DNA of 63,042 bases, filler included, from Octopus bimaculoides (GCF_001194135.2; 3 parts of 3 records of this genome joined end to end with filler, not necessarily neighbours in it), one strand, 5' to 3'. Positions 24,261 through 38,672 are shown, counted from the whole stretch's first letter. The notes: generated from the letters alone by a model not told the origin. Made by a program: numbers and translations.

Positions 24261-25540
24261 CGTTAGTTTGGCCTATACATCTAATCAAGACTGTCGCCTT
24301 GATATCGATTGAGACAGTGAGTGTTTTCTAGTTGGGTTTTAGCACAAGATAGTTGTGGTGGTGGCGGTGGTAATGGCAGTATAGTGAAAGTGATAGTAAG
24401 AAGGGGACAGAAAGAGAAAGTGAAAGTGGGAAAGAAAGGAAAGGAGGAAGAGACTAGGAAAGGTAGAGAGAGAGAGAGGAATATGAGGAGAGAGAAAGAG
24501 GGTTCGGGAGTGGAAGAGAAGTGAGTCGTTGTAGTTGAATTCTCGCTGGTGGTGGTGGTGATAGCATTAGTGAAATAGATAGAGGGAGGGGGGATAAAGA
24601 GGGATAAAGAGAGATAAGGAGAGAGCAAGAAGGGAGACTGACAGAGCGATTTTATTTAGGTTATTTACAAGCTGGTGGCGGTGGCGGTGGTGGTAGTGGC
24701 GGCGGTGGTAGTGGCGGCGGTGGTAGTGGCGGNNNNNNNNNNNNNNNNNNNNNNNNNNNNNNNNNNNNNNNNNNNNNNNNNNNNNNNNNNNNNNNNNNNN
24801 NNNNNNNNNNNNNNNNNNNNNNNNNNNNNNNNNNNNNNNNNNNNNNNNNNNNNNNNNNNNNNNNNNNNNNNNNNNNNNNNNNNNNNNNNNNNNNNNNNNN
24901 NNNNNNNNNNNNNNNNNNNNNNNNNNNNNNNNNNNNNNNNNNNNNNNNNNNNNNNNNNNNNNNNNNNNNNNNNNNNNNNNNNNNNNNNNNNNNNNNNNNN
25001 NNNNNNNNNNNNNNNNNNNNNNNNNNNNNNNNNNNNNNNNNNNNNNNNNNNNNNNNNNNNNNNNNNNNNNNNNNNNNNNNNNNNNNNNNNNNNNNNNNNN
25101 NNNNNNNNNNNNNNNNNNNNNNNNNNNNNNNNNNNNNNNNNNNNNNNNNNNNNNNNNNNNNNNNNNNNNNNNNNNNNNNNNNNNNNNNNNNNNNNNNNNN
25201 NNNNNNNNNNNNNNNNNNNNNNNNNNNNNNNNNNNNNNNNNNNNNNNNNNNNNNNNNNNNNNNNNNNNNNNNNNNNNNNNNNNNNNNNNNNNNNNNNNNN
25301 NNNNNNNNNNNNNNNNNNNNNNNNNNNNNNNNNNNNNNNNNNNNNNNNNNNNNNNNNNNNNNNNNNNNNNNNNNNNNNNNNNNNNNNNNNNNNNNNNNNN
25401 NNNNNNNNNNNNNNNNNNNNNNNNNNNNNNNNNNNNNNNNNNNNNNNNNNNNNNNNNNNNNNNNNNNNNNNNNNNNNNNNNNNNNNNNNNNNNNNNNNNN
25501 NNNNNNNNNNNNNNNNNNNNNNNNNNNNNNNNNNNNNNNN

Positions 25541-25602
<62 letters not shown>

Positions 25603-25679
25603 TTTGAAGAAGGGAACAGTTTTATGTTTTCAACAGGTTAGAGGAAAGGGAGATAACAAGCAGAGAAAAACGATATAGA

Positions 25680-25839
25680 TAGTTATAGATGGATAATTAG
25701 ATATCCAGCTAAATGGAGAGATAAAAAGATTAACAGATTGATAAATAGAAAGATAGACATAATCATAGATAGATAGACAGATAGATAGTATTTGATTGAT
25801 TCATAGATATAAATAGATAGGTAGATAGATAAATAGAGG

Positions 25840-25872
<33 letters not shown>

Positions 25873-25990
25873 ATAGAGGGAGAGATAGATAGATAGATAG
25901 ACAGTATTTGATTGATTCACAGATATAAATAGATAGGTAGATAGATAGATAGATAAATAGAGGGATAGATAGATAGATAAAGTAGATAGG

Positions 25991-26034
<44 letters not shown>

Positions 26035-26035
26035 G
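25680..26035. repeat. Degenerate (GATA)n microsatellite
   Basis: Long TAGA/GATA runs with internal duplications. Confidence 0.92.
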
Positions 26036-27329
26036 AAAGCAAACGATAGAGATTCTTCGATTGATTCTCTCAGCGATTTATAGTCCTGACCGGCTTTCTC
26101 TTCGCCGTCGCTAAACCATTGTTATCACAACATGGACGTGACCACTACTAACTACATTCATACACCACCGCCGCCGCCGCAGGATTTATATTACAGTTAC
26201 TTGGGGCAAGTGGTAGAAAAGAAAATCTATTAGATGTGGTTATAGTGGTAATGGTGGTGGTGATGACGATAACGGCAGCTGTATATGTGTGTATATGAAC
26301 ACATCTATCTGTTTGTCTGTCTGTCAATCAATCAATCTATCTATCTATTTAGCTATCTATCTATCTAGACATGCAACGATCCAACGACGATAGTCGTCTT
26401 CGATTCCAGATCTCTCACAGGTCTGGTCGCTGACCACACATACAGAACACAGCTACAGCCAGTTCCAGCGCCGACGTCTTCACCACATATGTACTGTCTA
26501 CCACAATGTCGTGCGCCAGAAACCCCACCACCAGGTACACACCAATATCAACACACTCGATTTTATATCGACACTGTTTGAGTGGATTGTTTCCACCACG
26601 AGCAACAGTCAGAACTAACCAGCGAGAATATTCCGTATCAGGTAAACGGTCACAGCATTCGACGCTCAACACACATATTGTGATACCACAGCTCTGCTAC
26701 TTGGCCACAACTTCCTGCGTATGAACATTTTATCTCCTTGTGTAACTAATACGAACTGGTATTTCTCTATCTCAGTGTTTGAGACTTGTAGTCTATGTTA
26801 CAGACACTCTTTCTATATTCTGTGTTTCCTCTCATTCACACGCACACTTGTACTCTCACATATTGTACACACACTATTGCTTATACGACTGTCCGTTACT
26901 TCACATTGTTGTATACATTCTCTTGTACACGAAGGCCTGACTTATCTACTGTGTTATTTATATATGTCGCATGCACGCACACAGACACAAACAGTTTCAC
27001 TATGTTAATAAACTTACTCTCTCTCTATATATATATCGGTTGTCTGTCCTAAGTTCTTTTACTGGCACTATGGCTAGTATCTCTCACGACGAGCCTTCTA
27101 TCTAATATATCTTATTTTGTGTTCGACCGTGCGACATGGTAAAAAGGAGCCTTTTCCGTCTACGTTGCCATCTCCTTTGATTCGCTCGGTCGAAGTATTA
27201 CAAAGTCTCAGGTGCTCCTTACAACTCGATGTGATTAGCCATAACCTTGATTATAATTGAGAGCTCGTACGGTGTCTCCCTGAATACTTTATCCCTATCT
27301 ATTCATTGCAGCGTACCTCTTTCAGTTTC

Positions 27330-27430
27330 CGCAAACTAAATCCACTTACAAGGCTATAGTAGAAGACACTTACCCACTGGAATTGAAACCGAAACCATGA
27401 GGCTGGGAAGCAAACTTCTTACTATATCGC
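27330..27430 (-). mobile_element. SINE family B head fragment
   Basis: ttccgc...ctaaatccacttacaaggctatagtagaagacacttaccc...gaaaccatg...gggaagcaaacttctta. Confidence 0.75.
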
Positions 27431-27554
27431 CACGTCAGTACCTTGCTAACAATCGCTACTAGGTTCTTATTTGTTACCTTCCCTTGAAGAGTTTTTGGTT
27501 TCAACACACAAGAATCTTGTCAAGTATTTTGTATACCATTTATCGTCTTTATTA

Positions 27555-27890
27555 TTCAAATATCTTAAACTGGCACTCCGTCGGTTACAACGGCGGGGGT
27601 TTCAGTTGATCCGATCAACGGAACACCCTGCTCGTGAAATTAACGTGCAAGTGGCTGAGCACTCTACAGACACGCCTACCCTTAACGTAGTTCTGAGGGA
27701 GTTTCATCATGACGCAGAATGTGACAAGGCTGGCTTTTTGGAATACAGTTACCTCTCGTTTTGCCAGCTGAGTGAACTGGAGGAACATGAAATAAAGTGT
27801 CTTGCTCAAGGATACAACGCGCTGCCGGGAATCGAACTCACGACCTTACAATCGTGAGCCTAATACTCTAAACATTAAGTCACTCGCCTT
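27555..27890 (-). mobile_element. SINE family C copy (tRNA-like head)
   Basis: gtgtcttgctcaaggatacaacgcgctgccgggaatcgaactcacgaccttacaatcgtgagcc is the reverse complement of a tRNA-like head; the body matches 30660-31100. Confidence 0.85.
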
Positions 27891-28615
27891 CAAATATATT
27901 ACTTACCGGTCATTCTGAATTATTTCTCTTAGCTCATGTTCGTTATGCAAATGTCAGATTATTCTGCAAATTAGATCAGCCTTAAAATGCGCTTCCCTTC
28001 TCTTAGCCCTACAATGAGCAACTTCTCCACTTCCAACAATGTGCTTTTCTTTTCCCAGACCTACGATGCTCTCTCTCTCACTCTCGTTTTTAGTTTCCTC
28101 TTTAAGCCATTCGCTCCCTACGGAGTATAGGTTATCGATGACGTTTCTCTACTGTCCTCGACTCTGGGCCGTCTTTTCTCCTTCTTTCCCGTTGGATCCC
28201 TTCTATTTCAGCTCTGCGTCAGTATCCGTTCGGATTTTGCTACTCTGTGTCTCTCGAGGGAAGGCCTTCTTCTTCTCCTAGGTCTTGTTGGTTTTGAATT
28301 GTCACAGATGTTCCTGTAACTTTGTTTTTTTTTTCTAGATAGATGTATTAGACCTATGCCAATCCATTTTTACCTCTGGGAAGAGATGAACCTTATCACC
28401 CTGGTCTCTATCTTTGACCTGTCCTGTATGGGAGTCCCTACAAGGAACTTACACTCCGCTTTTGAATCACATAACCCACTACACAACAACAAAGACTGGA
28501 TGTTGTGGGTCCCTCTTCCCCTAGCCCTGTATTGTGCGCTTCCTTTGACAGTCTTTTTTTCCTTTTTTACAAAGGTGCTGGTGTGGATGTGTGGGTAAGA
28601 ATCTTACTTCCCAAG

Positions 28616-28715
28616 NNNNNNNNNNNNNNNNNNNNNNNNNNNNNNNNNNNNNNNNNNNNTTAATTAATTAANNNNNNNNNNNNNNNNNNNNNNNNNNNNN
28701 NNNNNNNNNNNNNNN
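28616..28715. other. Assembly spacer: 44 N + TTAATTAATTAA + 44 N
   Basis: Exactly 100 bp and identical in structure to 44288-44387; the 12-mer gives stops in all six frames. Confidence 0.95.
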
Positions 28716-28765
<50 letters not shown>

Positions 28766-29732
28766 GTATTTATGTGTGTATGCATGTATACATATACATA
28801 CATATTAATAAAGAGGAGCGTGATGAGAGAGAGAGGCTGAAAAAGAGAGAGTGAGAGACAGATGCGAATCAATCCAAAGCGTTAGCTTTTTTTTTTTTTA
28901 ATTGTGTAATTCACGTAATTTTGTTTGAAATGTATTTGTTAATTCTTTATTTATATAAATATTCAATATGGCTTATAACATGAAATTAGGTGAGTAGGCA
29001 AAGAAGGAAATTTGTGGAGTACATTTGAATGTGCTTCTGAAAATATAGTTTTCGAAAATCAGTAAATATGCAAACCGTCTGCAGATTATTTTTGGCGCTG
29101 CTCTTCCATTATTGCACACACCAGGCGTGCATAATCTACAAAATTGTAAACTGCATGCAAGTATATTTCTTAGGGAAATTCTTACAACAGTAATGGTACC
29201 AGCGTGTTAATTTTAATTAACCAAGACGAAGAAAGATAAATATTATCTGAGAATATTAAAGTAAACCAGAAGAATGTAAAAGCCACATCTTACATATCTT
29301 TATTATTATTATTATTATTAGCTGTCCAGGAGAAGAGACAGAATAAGGACCAGCCTTACAGGGAATAAGTCGAAGAGTCAATTTCTTCGAGTAAGGGCTG
29401 GATGTTCCAGCATGGCCACCGTCAAATGACTGAATCAAGTAAAAGAATAAAAGAAAGCCGTTCCGTGCCACTTAACCAAAAAGGTTCTTTGAATATCTAC
29501 GAAGTATTCTAAGGCTAAATAGTAATTCCGTTTACGTTTGGGTAACTGAGATATTCTGGTTGGATTATATAGTCATTGGTGTTACATTAGTTTCTACATT
29601 CTGTGTCTGTCACAATATACTTTTCTAGGCCTGAACGTTTTGTGGGGAGGGGGCCCAGCTGCTTAGATCGACCCCAGTACACAACGGTATTTAATTTATC
29701 GACTCCGATATATATATTCAATTTATCGATCC

Positions 29733-29771
<39 letters not shown>

Positions 29772-30279
29772 NNNNNNNNNNNNNNNNNNNATATACATAG
29801 GTAAATACATATATATAGGTGAAGACTATTGACATGGGCGATAAAAAAAACCCCAATACCTTCTCCTTACAAATCTTATTTGCATCAATTTTGCATCGTT
29901 TTGTTAAGCACTGGTATTTTAAGCTCACGGCCACCAGTTAACAGGAAGTGGTAATTGATTCGTGTGAATCCCGACAAGAAAACCACTACTGTGTAAAAAG
30001 CCGCAATGTAAATATTTCAAATAAAGTAATCAATAAAAAGAAAGAAAAAAGACCCAGACCATTATCGCTCATTTAGGAATTGTTCAAATCAATAACGTGA
30101 AACGAATTCCATGAACATGTAACTCGGAATTGATAATAAATAAAACCTATTCGTTCCTTCAAATTATCGCCAATTGACACATTTTTACAGTGAATTTTAA
30201 AGTTGTATAGACGTAGTTAGGATATTTATCAATATTGATAAAGTATACCTGCAAGATAAATAAATAGTATACGTTTACG

Positions 30280-30650
30280 CATGGCTGCGTGGTTAAGTTT
30301 ACCATCCACTTTGCTTCGGATTCAATCCTACTGGAAAGCCCCATGGCTATAAAAAGCACCATGGCCATTGATAAAGTATACCTGCAACGAAAATAAATGG
30401 TATACGCTTATGCATAGCTGTGTGGTTAGGAAGTTTACCAAACATTTTGTTTCAGGTTCAATCCCACTAAAATGCAACATGGTCATCTTACTTCTACCAA
30501 AGATTCAAGTCAACCAATGCCTTGTGAGTGAATTTGGAAACTCTTTGGAAGCCTGCATTATGTATATATTTATATGTGAGTGTCCGTTTGTATTTATGTG
30601 TGTGTGTGTGTGTGTATCAGGTAGTGTGCGTGCGGGTGTGTGTCTTTGAA
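30280..30650 (+). mobile_element. Two decayed SINE family B heads in tandem
   Basis: catggctgcgtggttaag...ttcaatcc... occurs twice (about 30280 and 30410), ending in (GT)n. Confidence 0.65.
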
Positions 30651-30659
30651 TTAATATGT

Positions 30660-31100
30660 GAAGGCGCATGGTTTAGTGGTGAGTTTATTCGGCTCGCGAT
30701 CGGAAGGTCGTGAGTTCGATATCCGGAGGTGCGTTGTGTCTTTTTGTTAGACGCTTTACATCTCGCTGCTGCATGTCTACTCATCTGATACAAATGCGTT
30801 TTACCTGCATTTCAAAAATCAAATCTGTATCGCGCCGGATCCTCCTGCGAATTGCATTAAGACTACGCGTATCTGTGGAGAGCTCAGCCACTCGCATGTT
30901 AACTTCCTGTGCATGCTCTTCCGTTGACCGGGTCAACTGGAACAATTATCGTCGAAGCCAAAGGAGTGCCACTTTTCTGCCCCGCACCCATGTTGCTTGA
31001 CAACGGTGTTCTTTTCTTTAGCTGAGTTACATCCTCATAGCTTATTCAGCAGCAGAGAGCTACCCAATGTATACGACGCTTAAACAATAAGTACAGCGTT
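30660..31100 (+). mobile_element. SINE family C copy (tRNA-like head with A/B-box-like motifs)
   Basis: ggcgcatggtttagtggt...ggtcgtgagttcgatatccgg head; the body (agctcagccactcgcatgttaacttc...ccgttgaccgggtcaactggaac) is complementary to 27555-27890. Confidence 0.82.
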
Positions 31101-32477
31101 AGATTAGTTTGATTAAACGCTTCAAGGTATTGCCCCTGCATGGCCGAATTCCATTGGCTAAAATAAGAAATAGATAGAAAATATTAAAAAAATAAAGATT
31201 AAGAAAATCATATCTCCAAATACCCTGCCTATATCTGGCTTTAAGCAACGTTCAATATAAATATTCAACAATTATTCATGAATGAAATATTCATTCCCAT
31301 TGTGTCTCCTGTACAACTAATAAAATTTCGGAGATAGTAAATCATTGTTAATCTTTTTTGCTCACTTGTTAAAAACATTTCAATCTCTATCTAACAATTC
31401 CATTTTGTTCAACACCAACGTATAAATAAAACACATAAACGTTATCTATGTTCTTCGCCACTTTTACCATTAGACACTTTATTCAGTTATGGAATCCGTT
31501 ATTCGATGCGACCGACTGCATTTTTATTACACTTTCATACTGCTATTTATTTCATTAACCGCGTAAATATTGAAATAACAAATACGATGTACTGATGCTT
31601 AACCTTTTAAAATGTGAGAGTGACCGAGCTACCGTTGCAGGGACATTTACACAAATATAACGATATTGTACATGGTATGCTGCTATTTGCATTGGGAAAA
31701 TATGTAAAAGCTTTGGAGAGAAATATGTCGGCCATGATTTCATTGACATGGTGTGGTGCACTTGTATAGAGCTAACGAAAATGAGTTATGAGATAGTTAA
31801 GTGCCTTAGCATCACGGACATAGGTAAATATATTTTAGCTTTTAGCCAGACATTGTTCCATTTTTTCCCCAACACAACAGATTATATGTCACGGCTCACA
31901 TGACACTTATTTAAGGACAGGTGAAATAAACGTTCTAGGAAACTAATTACCTTCACTTTTAGGAAAAACAACAAAAAATGGGGCCAGTAATTTGAAACAC
32001 TGATCTAATTCACATAAAATCGCTCAGCTGCTGCATACAATAATTGCAAATTCGGCACGAATCTACGCCATTTAACATTTACTGTATCATAAAAGAAAAC
32101 CTGAATTATTCAGGTTTTGGTGTGGTATTTTTTTTTCCTCTGAGAGCGTATCTAATTCATTTATTTTACATCTCAATCGCTGAACAATACAATGTTCGTA
32201 ATAGGATTCCACCGTGCCAATCACCGATTCAACGTAATTCTCAAAGCAAAAGAGAAAAGGGAGTGTACATAACTCGTTACAAAATATAATCGCAAGGGAG
32301 ATTAATTTTGGCAAAAAAGGAAAAAAATAACTTTTATTCCTCTTATCTTTCCTCAATGGTTACAAATATTCATAATATGAATTAGTGAAAAGCATGTACA
32401 CATATCACAGCATCCATACACATCATCATCAATATTATCATCTTCATCGTCATTATCATTTTCATCATCCTCATCAT

Positions 32478-33020
32478 TTAGCGTCCGTTGTCAATGCTGG
32501 CATGTGTTGGCCGGTTTGACGAGGGCCGATAAACTGAGAGGCTGCAACAGGCACCACTCTGATTTGGGATGGTTTCTACGGCTGGATGCCCTTCCTCACG
32601 CCAACTACTCCAAGAGTGTAATAGCTGCTTTTATATGCCACCGGTAGGGTTTCAGTTGCGTGGCGCCACTATATTCCACGATTACGATTTCCCTTAGCTT
32701 GCTTGGTCTTTTTCTAAAGCACGGCATATTACCAAAGGTCTCAGTCATTTGCTATTGCCTCTGTGAGGCCCAACGCTCGAAAGGTGATTTTTACCTGCCA
32801 CCAGCATGGGTACCAATTATGCGTCACCGGCGAGAGTCATATTGCCTCCATGCGGCCCAACACTCGAAAGGTGCTTTTTCTGTGCCACTGACACTGGTGC
32901 CACTTACGTGATAACAGCATCGATCACAACTACGATTTCACTTAGCTTGACGGAATCTTTTCAAGAACGGCATATCGCTAAAGGTTTTGGTCATTAGTGA
33001 TTGCTTCTGTGGGGCCGAAA
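32478..33020 (+). mobile_element. Interspersed repeat (RTE-tail/SINE-like) with internal duplicated units
   Basis: tttagcgtccgttgtcaatgctggcat...ggtttctacggctggatgcccttcct motif; internal repeats of tacgatttc.cttagcttg...cggcatat...aaagg and ggcccaac.ctcgaaaggtg. Confidence 0.6.
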
Positions 33021-33108
33021 GTTTTTTTTTTTAATCATGCTTCACCACCTCCTCCCATGTCTTGCTGAGTTTACCTCTTCCGCACATTCCTTCTACAGTT
33101 AGAGATCA

Positions 33109-33141
<33 letters not shown>

Positions 33142-36100
33142 GTTATAATAAAGAATTTAAAAAAATCACTAATGATTTTACCTGGTGGTTAACCTGGAAA
33201 TAAAAACCTCAAAGGTAGATTTTACGAAATAGGTGTTTNNNNNNNNNNNNNNNNNNNNNNNNNNNNNNNNNNNNNNNNNNNNNNNNNNNNNNNNNNNNNN
33301 NNNNNNNNNNNNNNNNNNNNNNNNNNNNNNNNNNNNNNNNNNNNNNNNNNNNNNNNNNNNNNNNNNNNNNNNNNNNNNNNNNNNNNNNNNNNNNNNNNNN
33401 NNNNNNNNNNNNNNNNNNNNNNNNNNNNNNNNNNNNNNNNNNNNNNNNNNNNNNNNNNNNNNNNNNNNNNNNNNNNNNNNNNNNNNNNNNNNNNNNNNNN
33501 NNNNNNNNNNNNNNNNNNNNNNNNNNNNNNNNNNNNNNNNNNNNNNNNNNNNNNNNNNNNNNNNNNNNNNNNNNNNNNNNNNNNNNNNNNNNNNNNNNNN
33601 NNNNNNNNNNNNNNNNNNNNNTATATATATCATGTATAGAGGCAAAGAGAGAAAGAAAATTGAGCGAGAGTGATTGATATATTTGACAATCATGGTGTAG
33701 TTTTCTTTACAATTTTGGTCTACCGAATTTTATATGCAGATTTCGGAATTAGTAAAGTTTTGAGGTTGGCCAAAGGATCTATAATGTATTTTACTGTCTT
33801 CATCGCTAACGTTATGTGATTGATCACTGGTCGGTTGGCTTAACGTTCGCATCTTAAATTCAAGTAGCAGGAACAGTGAGGATGATTTAGTAGTTTTTCG
33901 TAACTGATGCTAAGTAGATCCTCCATGATGTATTGAATTTTCTTTATTTAAATCCTTGAGCATCGTAAACGGATTACCTAAATGTTTATTCATCTTTTTT
34001 CGTAATCACTAAAAGCAGTAAATTTTGTTTTAAAAATTATTCTTTTGGTAATCATAATTTTATAAAATTTACCATCAATTACTTCTTTAATTAACATCCA
34101 ATTTATACGAATAATTTTTCATCTAAATAATTCGAGACACGTAAAGGAATGAACGTAGCTATTTTGTGGTAATATGATAAGAAGAGATGAATTCACATTA
34201 CATGTAGGTTCACATTCATTATTTGAATTTGAAGAACTCTGTCGAGTCTTTGATATTTGCTGATCTCACTGTGGCAATATTATCACTAGAAGGTATCAAG
34301 AGGCACGTAGTGTAATTATGGGGTATTTAATGAATGGCAAGTCATTGTGAACGACAGAGACATCATTGGTTTTCCGGAAACTTGGCTCTGAATATAAAAG
34401 ATTTGAAGCTAAAATCTCCAATTCTGTTGAATCAAGTTTGTAACCGATTAATGAAAAATAACAAATTTAGTTGGGTTGTTACTGGTATTGACTTGTAGCA
34501 GTTGTGACATTGTCATTGAACCATTGTCGCTGGTTTTCCTGTTATTTTTACTCTTGTTATTATTTTGGAAGGCGTTGCTGCTTTTTGAGCCTCGTATCAA
34601 ATCAGATCAATAATCAAAATTGCTCAGCTGTGCCCACGCAGCCATTCGTTATTCAGAAGATCATATGATCAAGTGGAACCTTCTTTTTAGAGATGGTGGA
34701 GCGTGATATGAGCAATGATATATCTCCTCTTTATAGCTGCCCATGTGACTCCATAATATCACGTATGTTCGATAAGTTTATAATTTCAGGGTTTTAAGTG
34801 TCAGGTTTATCTCAATTTCTCTGACAGTGATTAAGACAGAAATTAATTCCCCCATACCGATATCAGTTCACTCAGATGTAGATTAACCAAATTATTTGCT
34901 TTCTAACGGATTACAACTTGACACAAGTTCTCAATTAGCTGCATTAATACTATTATGCAACAGAACCAACAAATAGCGGATATGACCTCAAGTTCTATAA
35001 AAATCAAAAAGGGTTGAGGCCTGATATTTTCAATGAATATTGGACATTTCTTTTTTTTTATATATATAACTCTACCGGCGGGGAGAAAGTATATTTGGTG
35101 CGTAGGCAATTGCTGGTTGTAAATTAGAAAATTAAATTCCTTTATATCGTGGTTCAGAAGAGAGAGACTTGTGTAACTTATTGCTCAATACTTCTAAGTG
35201 TACATCATCTCCATGACTACAATATCTTTTACACAACTAGAAATACCCTACAATTTTCTTAACTGACAGCGATGTTTACAGATTCACGCTGCCATTTAAA
35301 TTTTTTTTATGAATTTTCAAAGATTCTCAAATAACTGCACTTGGTTTCATCCATTTTGGATTGTACCCATGATATGAGCGTATGTCTTTTTGGTTTGGAC
35401 CACTCAGCTTTCCATTTATCCGTGTAACTGTATTTCACTGACTAATTCTTTCTCTTATACTCTCAGCGATATTACCGTCTACTCAGTACAATATAGTCCT
35501 TACCATGCCCGGGCTTTCGAACCATGGGCATATTCCATCCTCCAAGGAACCTGACATAGATAACGTGGATTTAAATTTCAATGAGAAGTCTGAGTTTTCC
35601 CTAGGGCTACAATGATATTTCAATACGTGGGCCGTATATGCTTCGCTATTACATCGAACCCCGTAATTCGTGATTCTAAAGCGAACATCCGAACCAATCA
35701 TTCAACATGGCTCCATTGTCCTGTAAGGTGTTCGGAAAACAGACGAATAAACTCATGTCTTACAGGAAAATTTTATTGTCCGTCAAATGAAGAAATTTGA
35801 ATTAGGTTTATATGTCAGTGGTGGCATTTTAAAATAACATCACAATAGACTTAAATCGAAAAGAAATTAAGTTACAAATTAAAATACTTCGCAAGCCATT
35901 ATAATCACATTTTGTTCTTCTACGGCATACTCACCATGTAATGAAAATATCTCCAAAAGAAGAAATTTACTGATTAGTTCTTCATTTCCTTTCGATAGCA
36001 TCACCATTAGAAAGTAATTGCTTTTCAGGTAATTTATTCAAATTTTATTTATTTATTCACTGCTATTGTTATTATGATTGTTTCGTTATTATTATTAGTT

Positions 36101-36751
36101 TTCGAAACATTCATTTTTATAGCATTACCGTGTTGTTTTATCTCGTAAACTACATTAGATGAACCCCTGTGTTGACTATAAAACGGTTACAGCGTGTAAG
36201 ACACATAATTCCCACGCAAAGCACAAAAACAAACGTTAAATTTCACTAAAGCATGTATTAATTGGAGTCAAGAATTTCCGTCACATCAACAGTATCCTGG
36301 TCATTGATGCAATTCCGCTGTAGAAGTGTGTCATAGACGAGGCCACGGTGGGAACGACGCAAATATGTACCTCGTCAGCAAGAAGCATCCTGATCCCTGG
36401 AATCTAGCTAAATAGATAGCTTTTATTTACATTTTCATCGAACAAAATCTTTCCTGATCTGTGCATATATCTGCTACCTGATAACAAATCTCTCTTTCCA
36501 CCGTATTCTGCGAGATCTGAAGCGAATATTTCTGACTTAATATTAATACGTCTAAGCCATGTGCACCTTTACAGCTATTGAGAAGCATTCACTCTTATCG
36601 TTATAGATACGAAATTGAAAAGTGCTGCTGGTCGATAGCAGATGAAGAATGATGGACGTTCTGTTTGTCTCACGTTTACTTTTACATTATACTTTGTCGT
36701 TTGATTGTATATGTTTTTGATTTATCAAGTGATGGAACGCAACCGAATTTG

Positions 36752-36792
<41 letters not shown>

Positions 36793-36958
36793 CGTGATTC
36801 AAACAAGAAAAATAGAACACAAAATATGAGTATAAGTATATGTGTATCAATATTTAGCGGAAGCAAGACAGTGAGTCAAGGTCCGAGAGATTCCTGCGGC
36901 CACTCGATGATACACACGATACACTTGAACATTAAGTCACTCTGTTGCTTTCGCCATA

Positions 36959-36999
<41 letters not shown>

Positions 37000-37520
37000 N
37001 NNNNNNNNNNNNNNNNNNNNNNNNNNNNNNNNNNNNNNNNNNNNNNNNNNNNNNNNNNNNNNNNNNNNNNNNNNNNNNNNNNNNNNNNNNNNNNNNNNNN
37101 NNNNNNNNNNNNNNNNNNNNNNNNNNNNNNNNNNNNNNNNNNNNNNNNNNNNNNNNNNNNNNNNNNNNNNNNNNNNNNNNNNNNNNNNNNNNNNNNNNNN
37201 NNNNNNNNNNNNNNNNNNNNNNNNNNNNNNNNNNNNNNNNNNNNNNNNNNNNNNNNNNNNNNNNNNNNNNNNNNNNNNNNNNNNNNNNNNNNNNNNNNNN
37301 NNNNNNNNNNNNNNNNNNNNNNNNNNNNNNNNNNNNNNNNNNNNNNNNNNNNNNNNNNNNNNNNNNNNNNNNNNNNNNNNNNNNNNNNNNNNNNNNNNNN
37401 NNNNNNNNNNNNNNNNNNNNNNNNNNNNNNNNNNNNNNNNNNNNNNNNNNNNNNNNNNNNNNNNNNNNNNNNNNNNNNNNNNNNNNNNNNNNNNNNNNNN
37501 CCACAGGTCACACGAGAGCA

Positions 37521-37770
37521 GAGAGGATGGTGGAGGGCGGAAGTGGAACAAGGAGGAAGGGACAGAAGCAGTGAAGTAGAGGCCAGGACAGAGGGGTAGA
37601 TAGGAAGATAGAGGAAGACAGATAGATAAATAGATAGAGAGGATGGTGGAGGGAGGAAGTGGAACAAGGAGGAAGGGACAGAAGGGTATAGCAGTGAAGT
37701 AGAGGCCAGGACAGAGGTATAGATAGAAAGATGGAGGAAGACAGATAGATAAATAGATATAAAGATAGAT
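37521..37770 (+). repeat. Purine-rich minisatellite, two visible units of about 116-125 bp next to a gap
   Basis: gagaggatggtggaggg.ggaagtggaacaaggaggaagggacagaag... starts at 37521 and at 37637. Confidence 0.85.
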
Positions 37771-37828
37771 AGATAGATAGAAAGATAGTCACGTCAGAAT
37801 AATAGTAGACTTACTTGCAAAAAAGGAC

Positions 37829-37860
<32 letters not shown>

Positions 37861-38672
37861 GTGTTTATGTACATATACATATATATTATACATACATACA
37901 TACATATATGTGTGTATGTATGTATGTATGTATGCATTCTAGGTTTCGGTATGCATGTGTATGCTTATTTAAATGGTGGTTGTGAATGCTTTTAGATAGA
38001 TACACACTCACGCACACATACAGCTATATAAATATTAGAGAATATTATTAGAGAGAGAGAGTAAGAGTGAGCTATTTTGTCTACAATTGTATTAGCATTG
38101 ATACTGATATATATATATATATATATATAAGATAGCATCATTATTTCCATGTAGTTTATTAAATCTTTGTATTTTGTTTTCATTTTTCAAAATGATTCCG
38201 TTGCATATATCATAGAATACGATGACTGTATAGTGTTAACCTTTACATTGAATTTCCTCCTTCTTTTATGACAAAATTAAATTAACATTTGTACTTCTCA
38301 TTTTAAAATACGCAATTTACTCGCGTTACAACAAAATTCTGCTTGAAAATTTGTGTACACACAAGTGTTCTTCCCTTTGAAATGCTTTGTGAGTGAATTT
38401 TCTGTGATGCATGCGATGCATCGAATTAGATTTGAACAAAGTCAGTTCATAATTGAAGCTTCTATTGACCTTAATTGTGTAATCATTCTTATGCTTTCTC
38501 TAGCTATTCTAGTAGAATGTACCTTGTCAGTAATATTTAATTATGCGATAAATTGCCTTAGGAATGTTTATTTCATATACGTGCTTGTGTGTGTGTGCTT
38601 GTATGTGTGTGTGTGAACTGACATCCTTGAAGCTGGAATTTTCTTATGTTATCATGATATACATTAAAAAAA

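Noticed and set aside
28660-28671. TTAATTAATTAA as a homeodomain site or conserved element
   Set aside because: It sits symmetrically inside N runs twice, so it is a synthetic linker.
30660-30735. tRNA-like sequence (also at about 27810-27885 and 49445-49510)
   Set aside because: Continuous with SINE bodies and the cloverleaf stems are broken; these are SINE heads, not tRNA genes.
32640-33010. Repeated units with variable spacers that superficially resemble a CRISPR array
   Set aside because: Units are long, degenerate and irregular, lie within a eukaryotic interspersed repeat, and no cas genes are present.
33900-34900. Coding-like patches on the minus strand (GSKSSNAFQNNNKSKNNRKTSD..., IGYKLDSTELEILASNLLYSEP...)
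   Set aside because: Frequent stops in all frames, no recognisable domain and no clear splice structure.
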